This document shows positions 1-14,400 of a DNA stretch of 64,000 nucleotides, one piece after another. Source of the DNA: Octopus sinensis. Its lineage: Eukaryota. The notes below the pieces were generated by a model. That model saw only the letters and a program-made list of their open reading frames with translations. It did not search any database and was not told the DNA's origin. A program made the position numbers and the translations under genes. The stretch lies in the NCBI RefSeq assembly GCF_006345805.1, contig NC_043001.1:41168001-41232000 (forward strand), given 5' to 3'. The number at the start of each line of letters is the position of its first letter. Position 1 is the first letter of the stretch.

Positions 1-419
1 CGTGATTATAGATAATAGTGTTTCAGTTTTACCTGTGCCAAAAGAACCAATCATAACAAATGGAGGCCTAGCGTCTGTACATTTGCAAGGAATATGCTTT
101 ACAGCATATAATTGGTCTTCATTTAGATGTGTATCACTACAAAAAGAAAAGAAATAGATGAAATCTTATCCTCATCTGTATATATAAATGAATAATAAAA
201 TTATACAATATATGTATGGTGTGAGGTTCCTGTATAAGCCAGAGAGAAGATAATTATAATGATGGTAAAGTGGTGATGAATCTTTAGGAACAATCATGGT
301 TGTTTATTGGACAGTTTTTTTAAAATTACAAATACAACTAAGTACAGATGTCTTCAAACATATGTATATAGACATATATAAACACACCATATGCACTTAG
401 GTACATCAATTATACATAT

Positions 420-990
420 ATTGCCATGACAAGGTGCTTGCAACACACTCACACCCTAGAAGAGGAAAGGTTCAAGAAACATCATCATCAGGGGAAATCA
501 ACAGAAGCAAATAAGTTCATGAAAGGAGAAAAGCCAGTGAAGATGGCAAAAAAGACACATAGGTTACTATATGAATCCCAACCATGAGATATGAAAGTGG
601 ATCTGAATGAGAGACTGCAGTTTCCTCAGGTCATCCATACAATCCTGAGGCCAGATATAGTTCTATGGCCTAGAAAGACCAAGAAAATAATCCTGATCAA
701 GCTTACAGTTCCATGGGAAGAAGGGGTGACCAAGGCTTTGAATTGAAGCATGCCAAGTATGAGAGCCTCCTGTAGGATTGCAGGGAGAAGGGATGGCAGT
801 CATGGCTTTTCTAAGTTGAGATTGGCTGTAGGGGATTCCTTGCCCCGTTGGTATGGAGGATGCCTATGGCCACTGGAATGAGAGGAAAAGAGCAAAGGAT
901 GTCTGAGCACAGACTGGGTGAGGCAACAGAAGAGCCTCTTGCTGGTTATAGATCAAGAGAGAAGATTAAAGCTGGAAGCCAGGAAGAGAT
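420..990 (+). mobile_element. Decayed 3' end of a non-LTR retrotransposon with a restriction-like endonuclease (R2 superfamily, NeSL/HERO-like)
   Basis: Conceptual translation with stops: HDKVLA ... MKVDLNERLQFP ... LRPDIVLW..KTKKIILIKLTVPWEE ... KHAKYESL..DCREKGW ... VEIGCRGF, matching the PD..D/E-xK RLE domain pattern. Confidence 0.75.
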
Positions 991-1955
991 GATGAGCAGT
1001 GATTTGGCTACTTCTACTTATTCACCAACGGGAGGGTGTTATGGTTCAGGGTCAAAACACTTGATGACTCTTGAATACTGTCCGATGGCATCTGTTTCTC
1101 CTGGCCATAGCTTCATTCACTTTGGTGAATGGAAAAGAAGCATCTTCTTCTAGGTGTTATTATTAACACACACACATTCTCACCTGTGAGGGATCAATGT
1201 TAGATGGGTTGAAACAATTGCAGTGATTAATAAAAATTCTAGTATCTTCCATCTCTCTCATTAACCAATATATATATATATATATCTTTTACAACTGATC
1301 TTACCAATCAGTTTCATGTTAAGGATTCAATAGAGTGTTAGCTAACAGTCTGATTATGTAACACTGTGCTCATCAGAGGTAGCCATTATGAAATGAAATA
1401 TGGCAGTTGCTTTCTATTGTTGGAAGTGAATAGACATGTCCAGTTTGTCGTTGCTTTGAAAAAGATGTTGGACCATTTCCAACCCTAACCATCTTAGGGA
1501 TCGATTTGTTTGATTAAAATTCTTCAAGGTAGTGCCCCAGCATGGCTGCAGTCTAATATCTGAAATGGGTAAAAGATAAAAGATGCACACACTCATGCAC
1601 GTACGTGCATGCACACACACCCTCATATTCTCTTTGACACTGTATGTATATAAATAAAGTGAGTTATTTTATAAGTGCTGAAGATATATGGAACATATCA
1701 CTTTTCTTTTATTGGTAGAGAATTAAAAATTTCAAAACAGTTGTAGAACTTTCACATGACTAATGTTTATATCAGAAAATATTCCAAATTACGATGCTAT
1801 TTTCCCAATGAAACCATAACATTTTTTTAGCACCAATATGTGACTTATTCCATATATATAACCAAACTATTTAGGGTTAAAAAATTTAGTTATATATAAA
1901 GTATTTAATTAATTACATTGACAAAAAATGCATTTTAGATTAAAAAAAAACATAC

Positions 1956-2411
1956 CTGTAATTGTGGTTTTCATTTTCTAAAGGAATGGTAGAAGTGCTT
2001 GGAAAAACAATTTCTGTAGATATTAGACTATCTACAGCATGATGCATCTTTAAAAACCTTCCTCTGCTTAACTTGAAATGAATTTCTACACCAAAGGAAT
2101 GCCCATTTTCAAGTTTTAAATCTCTTACATGCTGTTTATTAAAGGTCAAATAAAGAGTACCTTGTTGAAGACCAACAAATGGAGGGTTTGTTTTCTTGGT
2201 GATGGGGATTTCATAAAATTTATTTGTGTTACTTGTCAAAGAAAGAAGTACACTTTCACAGTATTTGGAAACCAAATTATCTGGATCTTCATGTAAGAGT
2301 GAAGCAGAGAAATCGACAATGCCAAACAACGATCCGTTAACATCAGAGAAAAATGTACCACTAGCATCATTAATATAACAGGAAATCTTCATTTCAGATC
2401 TAAAATTATAT
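1956..2411 (-). CDS. HELZ-like gene exon 10 (last exon in window)
   Basis: Acceptor ttccctttcag|A at 2411, donor AG|gtatgt at 1956; peptide [11 protein letters not shown]...[31 protein letters not shown]...NYR resembles the HELZ pre-helicase region. Confidence 0.9.
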
Positions 2412-5400
2412 CTGAAAGGGAACGAAACAAACAAATGGTCATTCATAATTCTAGGATTTCATCAATAAATAGAGAAGTAACATTTAGCTACATATCAGTA
2501 TTATGTGACAAAAAATTTAGTAAGTAATTATGTAACATCAACAATAACCATCACATTTACAATTTTCCATTGTGTTTCAGATTTTAATAATGTGACTGAT
2601 AGGTTAATGATTATCAGTCAGAGAGGGATTAACCATTTTAGGATTGAAAAAAGTTCTGTATGCTTCCATAGGCTGGAACAGATCCTTATATCGAGGAAAA
2701 GATTGAATATTAGACATCTCTATTTCTAGAACAGCACTAGTTATGGAAGAGATACTGTCAACATCAAGTTATCTTGATTAGAAGCAATCAAAGAAATTTT
2801 AAGATTTGGTGGCAATACAGGTAATTGTAAAAGGAGAGTTTGGAAAAAGTATTGTTGTTGGAGTTCAGTAAAGATTAACAGCAAAATAGGTAACAAATGA
2901 GGTATCTCTATCAATAAGATTGTTACTTACAAGACCATTTCTTTAAGAAGTGGTAAAGGGATTCCGAAAAGTTAGTAAAGATCTTTACCAACATGAGATT
3001 AGAAAGCTTGATTATAATCTGGATGGCAAAAGTTAAGGCCGCCTTTACCTTTCTGGTGGTGGTCTCCCTTCAGATGTTGTAGATATTTGTAAGTGAATAA
3101 CAAGGGACTTTATAGTTGTGGGATTTGGTTGAGTTGAAGGATGGTGTTGGACATGCTAAGGAAGATAGTATCAGTTACCAGCTTAGTTGCTTCAAATGGA
3201 TCAGAGACGAAGCACATTTGCTGGCAAAACAAGTTAGTGCAGAACTATTGAAACTCGGATCAGTTAGCTGACTTGCAGTACCAGTGGGTTCAGGGAACAG
3301 GGACCATTGTGTCATATGATGGATGATGGAAAGTGAATTGTCTTATCTACAGATCTGATGATCTTATGGTAGCAAAGACTGTAATAGCAGAGTGAAAGTT
3401 GGGTTTAGAAGTAAAGATAAGGTGGGATCAAGGCTGTTTATAAGGTCAGTAAGTTTATCATGAACACAGATAAATGATGAGACTAAGTGATGCAGGCAAT
3501 GCAAGGAAGTAAAATGTTTGGCACATGCACAAGCAGTTTTTAACAATGTTCAAGTAAATCTGTGATCATATACATTCAAGACTTGATCATTCTGCCTTGT
3601 TTTTACAAGGAGTATACTATCCACTATCTCACTTTTAAAACAGAATATAGTTTAAGGAAGATTTTTATCAGGTTGGGTACCTATGATCTGGGAAGAATGT
3701 AAGATTGAAGGAAAAAGTCTGTGAGCATTGAAGTTACCAAGAATAAAAAATAGTTCAACCACTGATAATGGTTGGAGAGTAACACAGAAAACAAATGAAC
3801 ATAGAGAAATGGTGATGAGAAACTTTGGGATAGATAACTAGAAGTTTTTATTACTAATGTCTAAGAGAGAAAGCAGATTTTACCTGAGAGTAGACATCAC
3901 ATCCAAGAAAGAATTTGAAATATTAAGTGTAACTTGAAGGGAGCCTTTCAGAGAAGAATTAAGATGTATACTTGTGTATCAAGAGATAGTGGGGAGAGTC
4001 AAGTTGAAACAAAATTCACAGATGTAATGTGTAATGAAAAGAGAATTGTCTAGAGTACTTTATGCCAATACATTGTACATCTTACCTTGATATGATGTTT
4101 TGACAAGCAGTTTCCTCCGCATAAAGTAAAGTGTGCATCGTTTCAACATAGTTGTCTTTCTTTAGTGCTAATTCTGTGTTGTGTTCATTCAACACTAAGT
4201 TTTCAGGGATTTTGTATTTAGTCATTAAATCAACTGGCTTAGTAGCATTTAACTGAGTATTTGTAGATGCTTTTAAACAAGTCTTAACACCTTTAGTATT
4301 TTCAGCAGGGCTAATCTTTAAATCAATTGGATAAGAAAGTAAACGTTTTATGCCAAAATCAAAGATAACAGACACAGAAAATGTCTCACAAGCATCTCCA
4401 GTGTATATAATATGCACCTTCCATTTATATTCCTCAATTTTAAACATATTTGAAAATGTTGGATTAGAGTCATTTGTTTTTGCAGTAGGAATTAGGAAAA
4501 ATTTTTCTCTAATCTTGTCGGTCAATATTTTTATTTTCTGTAGATTATGCTTCTGAATAAGAAAACAAATAAATGAATAAATAAATATATTTAATGAAAT
4601 ACGTTTATATAAATTATTTTCTTTTATTTCCAATTCAAGTACTAATTTCAGATTTATCAGGGATTTAATCTCTTTGGAGTTGAACAATTAATTAACAATC
4701 AATTAAATTTGAAGTGTGGCTGATATTTATTTATTCAGCTATCTTCAAATTTAGGTTCTATCCATGAAATATGCAACACACTCCCCCATCAACCACCAAA
4801 ATCTGTCTCAGGATCTTTTAAATCAAGTGTCTTCCTCGATCTCTTTCTTTCCTTCCTTTCCTCCACTCTATAATGACGTTTGACATCTTCCACTCTCATT
4901 ACCTCTCCACCTTCGTCATCTCTCTGTCACTCTTTCTCCCACCACCTCTCTCACTGTACGTCTGTCTGTATCTATAGAGAGAAAGCGTTGACAGCCACAA
5001 AAATTTAAAAACTCCTGCCACAGGTCTTTTAGAACGGTGTATTATTATTGCCCACCACCGCACAATCATAACAGATATTATTAATCAGATATATTGTGTT
5101 AATTTATATATATATATATATGTGTGTATATAAATATATATATAATGTGTATACATATATATATATGTGTATATATATAAGCAATAGCTATAAAGCTGAA
5201 ATGTGAGAAAGTTGTTTGATTTCTTGGTTATTTGTCTCATTTTGGTATGGGAATGGTTTAAAGGGTGGTAGATAGGGTTGGATTGGCGTGAAAATTTACA
5301 CTGGGGAGTAAAATGGGGTGGGTAATAGTGTGAGGAGGGTTGCAAGTCACTTGGGGCTACCGTTTGGTTGCCATGGTGAGGAATATGGAAAAAAATTGAG

Positions 5401-8400
5401 TTTTATAGGATAGAAAGTTGCGCTGTTTGAATAATGGTGGCTTTTTGTGTTGCTGCAGAGGCGGTTATCTTTAATCTAATCTATAAAATGAAGAAGGCGA
5501 ATGTTGATACAAATTGGATTTTTATGTAAGAAGGGGTCTAAATGGGGCTGGAAGGTGATTAAAATTTACAGGAGGAGGTAACTTGAGGTGAGAAATTGAT
5601 TGGGAGACGTTTTGGGGTGCTACAGTGGTTGCTTTGCTGTGAAAACGGGGCGTTTATTGATTTTGGGGGACACTTGGGGGGTCTAGATTGGACACCTTTT
5701 CCCCGATTTCAATCAAATTTTAAACATGGTAAAATGGAAGCGGATTTGTAATTTAAGCGCGGAAAATAGGTTTGAAATTTTGAAAATTAAGGCAAGATTT
5801 AAGAAACAGAAAGGAAGCAACAGAAAGTAACAACCACACCCTCACCGCGTAGAGCGGGTCACCTTAAGCTAGTAACATATAAAAACAAAGATATGAAGGC
5901 AGATGCTTAAAATATCAGTTTAGTTAATCAAGTTGTCCAGGAAAGTATCAAACCTAATGGCTATGGAGATGACTTACCCAAAAGTAAATATAGAGCTATG
6001 AAAATTTCAGAATGGATCACAGCTCAACTGATTAGGAAGAGAGTTAGCTTAGATGAAATGCAGTTTGGTTTTGTGCCAGGAATGCTTTCTGTACTTGGCA
6101 TTTGTCAATATAAAAGCCTTTGACAGGGTCTCTTAAGTCTTTCATCAACTGTGAGAACCATACAAGCCACGTTACAGTGGGGATGGCAATAAGATGAACG
6201 TCAATAATGTGTATAGCTACAAATTTAGTATGCAAACAGGAGTTCACCAGGGCTCACTTCTTACCAGGTCATAACAAAGGTGTTCAATATTGGTTGCCCA
6301 TGGGAGCTCCTCTATGCTGATGACCTTGTTTGTATAGCTGAATCTAGACTTAGAGAAGACATTTCAGGTATGGAAGCAAAGCCAAGAATCAAAGGGATTT
6401 AGAGTTAATTTAGCAAAGACCAAAGTACTAGTAAGCAGGAAAGCAGAGATATTACTAATTCTTTTGGGGAAATGGTTCTGCTCAATATATAGAAAAGGTG
6501 TAAGTAAAAATTCCACATACTGACTCAGTGTAAGCTATGAACACATGAGAGGTGCAGTGGAATCACATGAAGGTAAACAAAGTACTCTTTTTGTGTGGCA
6601 GGTGTGCAGGTACAATAAACACTAAGAACATACAGAAAACAGATTTACTTAGAGGTAGTAGACAGTTTCTGTAACATAGGTCATCTACTTAGCAGTGGAG
6701 GAGGATGCTCTGAAAGCAGAGTTGCTTAAGTTAGGCCAGGGAAAGTTCAGAGAGCAACTAGAATAGCTTGATTATTCTTTTAAATGTTTTCTATGTATGT
6801 GAATATGAAAATATTATTTAAAGTAATCAGGATACTTGCCATAGAAAAAACCTCAAAATACCATTGGTGTATAGATTTCTTACTTTCTGAAGAAGTCATG
6901 TTCATTGTAATCTTAATATTAGGTAACATTTGGTATAACTGTAAAGTACAATGATACAAGAAAAAAAAAAGAAGATGTATTTTCTGAAAAAACAAAGATG
7001 TACAAAAAGTAAATGCTAACAAGATATGAGAATTCAGAATTGATACCAGATAAATAGTTGGATATCAATAGAGTTGATTGCAATCTTATACTATTATAAA
7101 TGAAAAAGAAGGAACATATAAAATAAAGAAAGGAATACAAATTAGAATATAACAGAGTAATTATCTTGCCAGCCTCATATTTTACCATTGCCCTGATGTG
7201 GAGATATAAAAAGATATAAGAAAATAAATATTCTATATACATTACTAAACAAAATTTTATTAGGATATATACTGTCAACATCAACAATGCAGATTGCAAT
7301 AGATAGCTGTTGGTTTTCTTAAGGTATACCAATACAAAGGAGAATATTCCAACAATGGCATCCAATGATGAAACAAAGAATATGATAGATAAAGTAAATG
7401 TTACCTAATACTATTTGAAGGCTATAATAAATGCTCCCACAAATGAGAAACAATTATAATGAAAGTCAACTTAAACCAAACATTGGTTGACAAAGTTAGA
7501 AATTAAAATGGTAAAAATGAGTAAATACTTAAATTTATTTAGTAATGCAGTAAATAAAGGAAATGAGAGTATCAATATCATAGATACCACTACCACTGGA
7601 CATCATGATAACTTACAGTGCTATATTTTATCAGCAGCAAGGAATTGATGATTCAGCTTATGAATTTACCTAAAAATTCTTCAACTAATTCTTATGAATA
7701 TTACATAGTCTTTTAGAAAATCCATTCTTAATTACCAAATATGTATTAAGGTATGCTATAAGCAATGTAGAAAGGGAAATTCAACATCATAACATATCAA
7801 CTCCTGGTGGTATTTCTAATACATATCCAGATTAACCATCTATTTGCTATCATAGTTAAACAAGCACTGAATCTATAGAAAATTAAGGGTTACCAACATA
7901 GAAGAGAAGACTGGAAAGGTAAAGAAAAGTATAAAATACTCTATATAAATGAAATAAGTGAAATAATTCAGACAACACAAAACAATTCTACCATAAAACT
8001 ACAAACAACATGACTGTAAACACTCAAATGCTTAAAATGAAAAAGTATCCACTTTAAGTGATGAATTTAAAAGGTAAAGCATGAGGGAAAAAAACATTCA
8101 CTCAAAAGTATACATTTGAAAATAACCAACAAAAATTGCATAGGACAATACACAATAACAATATAGAAGCAGATAAAATATCCACAGCAGAAAATTCAGA
8201 AGCATTTCGGAAAAATCATTTTTCATATGAAAGCTAAGCATAGCAAAAATAAGAGTTTATAAGAACACTCTGCGGAAACAACAGAAATTGAGAAAACAAA
8301 ATCTCCCTCAAGCATTACAATATTTGATTTGAGAATAGCTTTAAACAGCTTTGAGAAGTGGAAAAGTCTTGCATTGACAACTCAAAACTTTTGGTGATTG

Positions 8401-11400
8401 CCATGTGACATAGCGCACTGCTATATAACATGCAACTTCAGCATTCTCTTGAACACTCTAAACCAAGTACCTAGATATCTCCTTCACATGTCTGCCACTA
8501 ATTCATTAATTAGTCACTAAAATATTATTCAACTGGATGACTAGGACATTAAAAACAATGGTATTGGTTGATGCAAAAGAACCCATTATGTACCTGGATG
8601 CATTACAAGAAAGACTTCTGATTCATCCCACATGACTGGCTTAATAAAAGTTCATCAGTTTAACAACATGAATGTGAACTTTGTTAAAACAATAATGAAG
8701 AAGTAACAGTTCATAGCAAAGAACATAATTATAAACTTTGGTCTCAAAGGAATATCTATTGAAATATTTTAAGGTGGTAGTACTTCTGGTGTTTGGTTCT
8801 TCTTTTGCATCTTACCTTTGTGTGGGCTAACAAAAAGAAAGCCAGCTTGGAATACTACAAAGAGAGAAGGGCAACCAGGCTCATCTATTATTTCCTTGTC
8901 ATGGATGACTAAACCTAAAATCACTGCAAGTATTCCTCAGATTGAGAGTCTCCTATGAAAGGCAAACTATTTAGCAAGGCTATTTAGACGTTTTTGGAAC
9001 CGGAGAAATGTAAGGTGACAATGCAACAAAGCGACTGATTTGTTTGTCCTGATTTGAGATGAACTTCTTTAACTTATAAAGTATTCAGTCTTCCAACTAC
9101 ATGCTTACTAAATTAGACATTATTCTGTAACAAATGAACTTTAAAACACTTCCATATGCTTAGCTTCTGAAATAAGTACCACAAGGTCAATATATACAAA
9201 AATGATAAAAGGAGGCATATTTAATTAAACTAAAATTGGCAAAATTGTTAGGGTGTTGGACAGAATACATTGTGACATCAATTCCATACCTTTATGCTCT
9301 AAATTCAAATCACACCAAGGTCAAATTTTCCTTTCCAGAGTTGATAAAATAAATATCAATCAAGTACGAGGATTGATTTAAGCATTTAACCTTGCCTAAT
9401 AAAATGTTTTGCTTTGTGCCTATAGCAGAAACCATTATGAACAACAGCAACACCAAAACAAAAAAAGGCTACAGAAAAGTACTCAATGACTGTTGGAACT
9501 AATAGATTAACAATAAGAGGATCTTTGATTACTTGATCTAATCTACCTAGAGTGATGATAAGATTTCAAAAGAACTTTTAAAGTTAGCTCTTCTAACTGG
9601 ATCCTTAAAAGCATGAATCACTATATAACAGTAGAAATGGAGAATACACAGATTTTAAAATCCCAAAATAAATTCACATCTTCAATGAAGACCAGGATAA
9701 GGAGGGAATATTTCAAGGGAATTATCTCTGCATAAAATTGACACTTTTAAAGGAAATGATCAATAATACCAATTGCAACTATAAAATGTGAACAGAAGTG
9801 AAAATCAGCTCTCTTACTAGTAGATTTATCTATTTCTTTTAACACAAGCTTAGCTGTTTTTATTTTCAAGCACACAAACTTTGTTTGTATTAAACACTCC
9901 TCATACAGATTTTCTGGGATCTCTCCCTTAATCCAGTATTTTACTTTATTTTTCTTCCTTTACTTGCCCTTATATTTAATTTCTGTTTTTAATATTTATG
10001 CAGCATTAAAAGTGAGCAGTAATACACCCACAAAGCTGTTATATATGTTTTCTCTTTACAATAAATGCTAGTCCTTTGAAACTTCCCATTACATTTGCAA
10101 GGTCTTCAGTTTGTATGTGAATTCCTCAAGGTTATTTCACCTAAGAAAGAGAGAGATTTGAAACTTCCACATTGATAATTTACCAGAAGAGAGACAATGT
10201 CACTTGGAGGCAATGCAAAACTGAGAGAGCTCTAAGTATTACAGTTCAAATCATAGGTAATACAGGTATGATACATAAACCTTAAAATTAATTAATTTAT
10301 TAAAAAGATAGTGAGATTGATATTCTTCATGACAAAAGACCATATTTCTGTTCTTGGGTTCCATTAGTAGAGTCCATCCTATTGCAAACATTCGCATCAG
10401 AAAAAAAAGACATAGCAGTGTACAGCAACTCTGAAATTTTAACTTTCTTGCTGCAATATTAGTTGTAAATCTTTAAAACTGTTATCATGAATGAATACCG
10501 AAACACATCTAAAACTATTATTTTGACTTCTTCATAGCATTGTGTTCAATATCCACTTGGACATCTCTCTATTTATAAGCACTGTCTTTCTCTCTGAGAC
10601 ACTCAAATGAACGTATACCTAAAGGTAAAGTTTTTGGTTATTCAGACTTTGGGTCATTTGTCTCATCTAGACAACAACAAACTTGGCAAGTCCATTTTTT
10701 CTCTGTTATGGTTCAGTCAGGCTATATGACAGTCTTAATTATATACAAAAATGTTTTTTCAATGCCCTTTTAGCAATTAGCCTTTCAGTCACCTGGAAGT
10801 GTTATGATGTACCTATTCTAAAGCCAGGATACATGCATTTGCTTTAGTGAGATATCAACACTGACTCAGGAATAAAATTTGTTTAGGGGCTGCAAACTCA
10901 GACACCAAATTTTTACAAATAAGGTCATGTTTATTTATTTATTTATGTTAGTTGTTCTTTGAGAAGAAACCTAATTCAAGGTACTTTTTACAGTTCACTT
11001 TTTACTGTTTTTTAAACAAGAGAAAAGTAAGTAGGGGTGCAAATTTTGATTTTGCACTTCACAAAAATTTTAGATGCACTTGCACCCCCTGTTCTTGTCC
11101 CCATGGATATCAGTAACAAATATAACTTCAGTTCTAACATTGAAGAATTACACCTAGAATTTAGGCTAAGAGTTAAACAACTGGAATGATAGGATTACAT
11201 TTTTATGACAGAATTGTGGTTCAATGTAGCCTGCTGAGTAAAATATCAAGTGTTAGAGTAGAAAATTTTGGAATCAAGATGAAATGTTCATTAAATCAAT
11301 TAAATTTAGATGATGTTATTGATCTTAGAAATCTTTATACTTCAGGAAAAGGTAACTGAAAAACTTACTGGTTCAGTAACAGTGTTACAACATTCCACTA

Positions 11401-14400
11401 GAATTGGCTTGATTTGGTTTGTAGAAGATTCTGGTATTTTTTCAGCTTTTAGTGGTGAGGCTAAACATCCATTTCCATGTGTACCATTTATACTACAAGT
11501 TAAAATACAGTAAACCAATAAGTTGTAATAAGTAACAAAAGTATATAACTATATTACTAGATTTCTTGTGATTTGTATTTGATAAATGAACAAGTGTGAT
11601 ATATCTGCCTGCCTACATTACTTTATTAAGATTTGATGCAAAGTACCAAAAGGTCACACCCATGGAGGGCCCATATAAGGTCAAGCTAAATAACCATAAG
11701 TCTTCTATTAGGATCCCAAGGAGATACAATGTTACATCAGCCAGTTACATATGGTGATTAAAAGATGATGGAATACCATACAGAATTAACTGGAAGTTGC
11801 TGGAGCAACCTGGGCCATTTCTCAATTGGAGCAGATAGTGAAACTTTGCTTGACCAAGAGGACAACGATCCTAAAAGATTTGCACAATCCAAGTGTCTTC
11901 TTGAATTCAAAAAGAGAGATTTTTACCAATATCCTCATGACAGAAAATTCATTTTGGAAACTTGATTTTCCCTGCTTGCAGACTAGTGAATGAAAAATGT
12001 ACATAAACTGATCTATTTAGGACACAGCTGCAATCATTCAAAGGGAGATAGCTCCAACTCATGATAGCTGATGTGTGATGTCAGAGAGATAGGCCCATAA
12101 ATTTTAGCATCTATTTTGCTTTCTCCTTTTTTGGGTAGAAGCATAGATCCGAAACCTATCCTCAAATAAAGATGTCTTCAACACAGCAGCAATTATTATG
12201 ACAAGGCTTTGTCATCAAGTGGGTTTAAAGTTTGTATTACTTAAATGCTTGTCCACAACTACAAAGTCATTTGGACTTCACCCCTTTTCTTGCTTAATAC
12301 AAGAACCTGCTTGGGTAAGGCCTTTCTTAAACTAGAGAGTAAACATTTTGTGCAGGTCCATAGGTATAGGAAAATTTAACTTTAGGTTTTCATTAAACTG
12401 CACACCTATCATCAAAAATATATTAGTCATAAATTGTGAACAGAGGCCAGATGCTTATATGGGGAAAATGCAACACAGAAACCATGGTCTATAAAGTAGA
12501 TGTAGTTTCAACTAGCACAAACAGGACAATGCATAGACAAAAATGCATTGGGGCAACTGAAAACCCTTTTAAGACCAGGTTGAATAATCATAGATCTTTT
12601 AGGATCCAGGAGAGGTGTAATGTCAACTTCAGCCAGCTATATATGGTGATTAAAAAAAGGAGACTTCTTTTACAGAGATTTGGACATTGACAATCCCTTT
12701 AGTATCTGCTTCTTTGCCAGACCACAAGAATAACTCCTTGCTACTCACTTTCTTCAATTCATTCTCTTATCTAATTTATGTTCAATCTATACTTGTAGTC
12801 TTCTAATCCATTTCATGCTTTTCACCAAACAACTAGACATCTATTCCAGCAAAAACATGCTTTGTTTATATAAGAATTTAGTACCACACGAAAGTTGGTT
12901 ATCATTGGGGTATCAATCTAATTCTAGATAATCTTTCTTCTACATAAGGTTCTCAATATTTTTATAGCTTTTACACTTTCCCTATCTGATGCTTCTCTGT
13001 TTTACTTGCATAGTAATTAGCAATGAAATCTACTTGTTTGCAGATGAATAAAGAGACTACACTAAACAATTTAGAAAACAAAATGAAGTTGTATAAAAAA
13101 TACAGTATTACTCACTCATTACTTAATTTGGGATTTTCTCTTGATACTGGTGGCTTATTGATAATTGAAGAATAACCTCCAAGTTCTTTAAACCTATTTT
13201 GTGAAACTGATGGTGTGTTAATATTTTCGTTTTTAGTTACTTTAGTTTCATTTGAGTTAAGTGAGCTGTTACTGTTTACCCTTGGATGACATTGATTTTG
13301 CAATCTAACGTATTCTTCCAGTGTTTTTACTGAAAATATTACAAATAGAATACTAGTATTTTTATCAAAATAAAATGTTTTCAAGATATTAATCATGAAT
13401 AAAGGCAAATGATGAAAGAATAATATACAAAAAAAAAATTAAACATGAGAAATAAATATACATGGAAACATACTTAAGTATTCAAATTTGCACAAAATTT
13501 CTAAGTTAATAACCTGCTACCTGGTTTGTGGACTTTATTCACCACACTGGTCACATCTTGTAAGTCATTCTACTTTATGATCCTGATTCACAATATACCT
13601 CAACCAACTGGAACTCACTAAAAACATCCAGTGTATTTAACAATGCTTTTACTCCAACATATTTTTAAAAACCCAGTCATACCTCCCATGCTCATGTTTA
13701 TATTGCTTTTCTGAATTTTCAATTTTTGAAGTTTTTGTTAGGGATAAAAAAATTTATACTTTTGTTGATGAGCTTACTTTAGTAAAATATTCTATTGCAT
13801 ATGAAAAAACCAGAAACTTTAAGTAACAACTTATGAGATTTCAGCTTGGAATAATATACACATATTTATAGCAGCTAATATAAGGTTGATCTGTAAAGGT
13901 CATTGCAATAGGTTAATTGGCATGTTATGGAAGAAACTGCAGGCACAAATCCTCATTGCCTTGAGAAAGGAAAAGGCTAATGGAGTCAACCTCAAAAAAA
14001 AATCAAGAAGTGGAGTGGCTCAGGAGGTCCAGGATGCTCTCCAAGGTTGGTGGAGCTATCCAACCCTGTAAGACAAAATTCACTTAGGAGAATGCTACTG
14101 GAATGGAAAAATCTACAGTTTGCTGGTCATCATAGCTATCTTAGCCTACTGATCCACAATGGTCTGACCTCCAAATCTAAAGATTGAGAAATGATAGCAA
14201 AGATTGACTAGGAAGAAAAGCCCTGTGGTATCAAGGAATAATTTACATAGCCACTTGAGCATGTACCAATCTTCTTTGTGATTTTTGGATACAAAGAAAC
14301 TGTCATTAAGGATCTGCTTATCAGAGCTGGTTAGGTTCATGTCACCTCCAGTCAGGCATAAATATATAAATCTATGTACATATATAGAGAAAATCAAGGC

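Noticed and set aside
6919-7365. 148-aa hydrophobic ORF resembling a membrane protein or mitochondrial ND subunit (NUMT)
   Set aside because: No recognisable ND or GPCR motifs; the F/L/I/Y richness is expected from the T-rich antisense strand of an A-rich decayed LINE, and it overlaps exon 8 out of frame
10300-10720. Possible piggyBac-like transposase relic on the minus strand (LDET.., SGY)
   Set aside because: Matches are too short and require several assumed frameshifts; not supportable without an alignment
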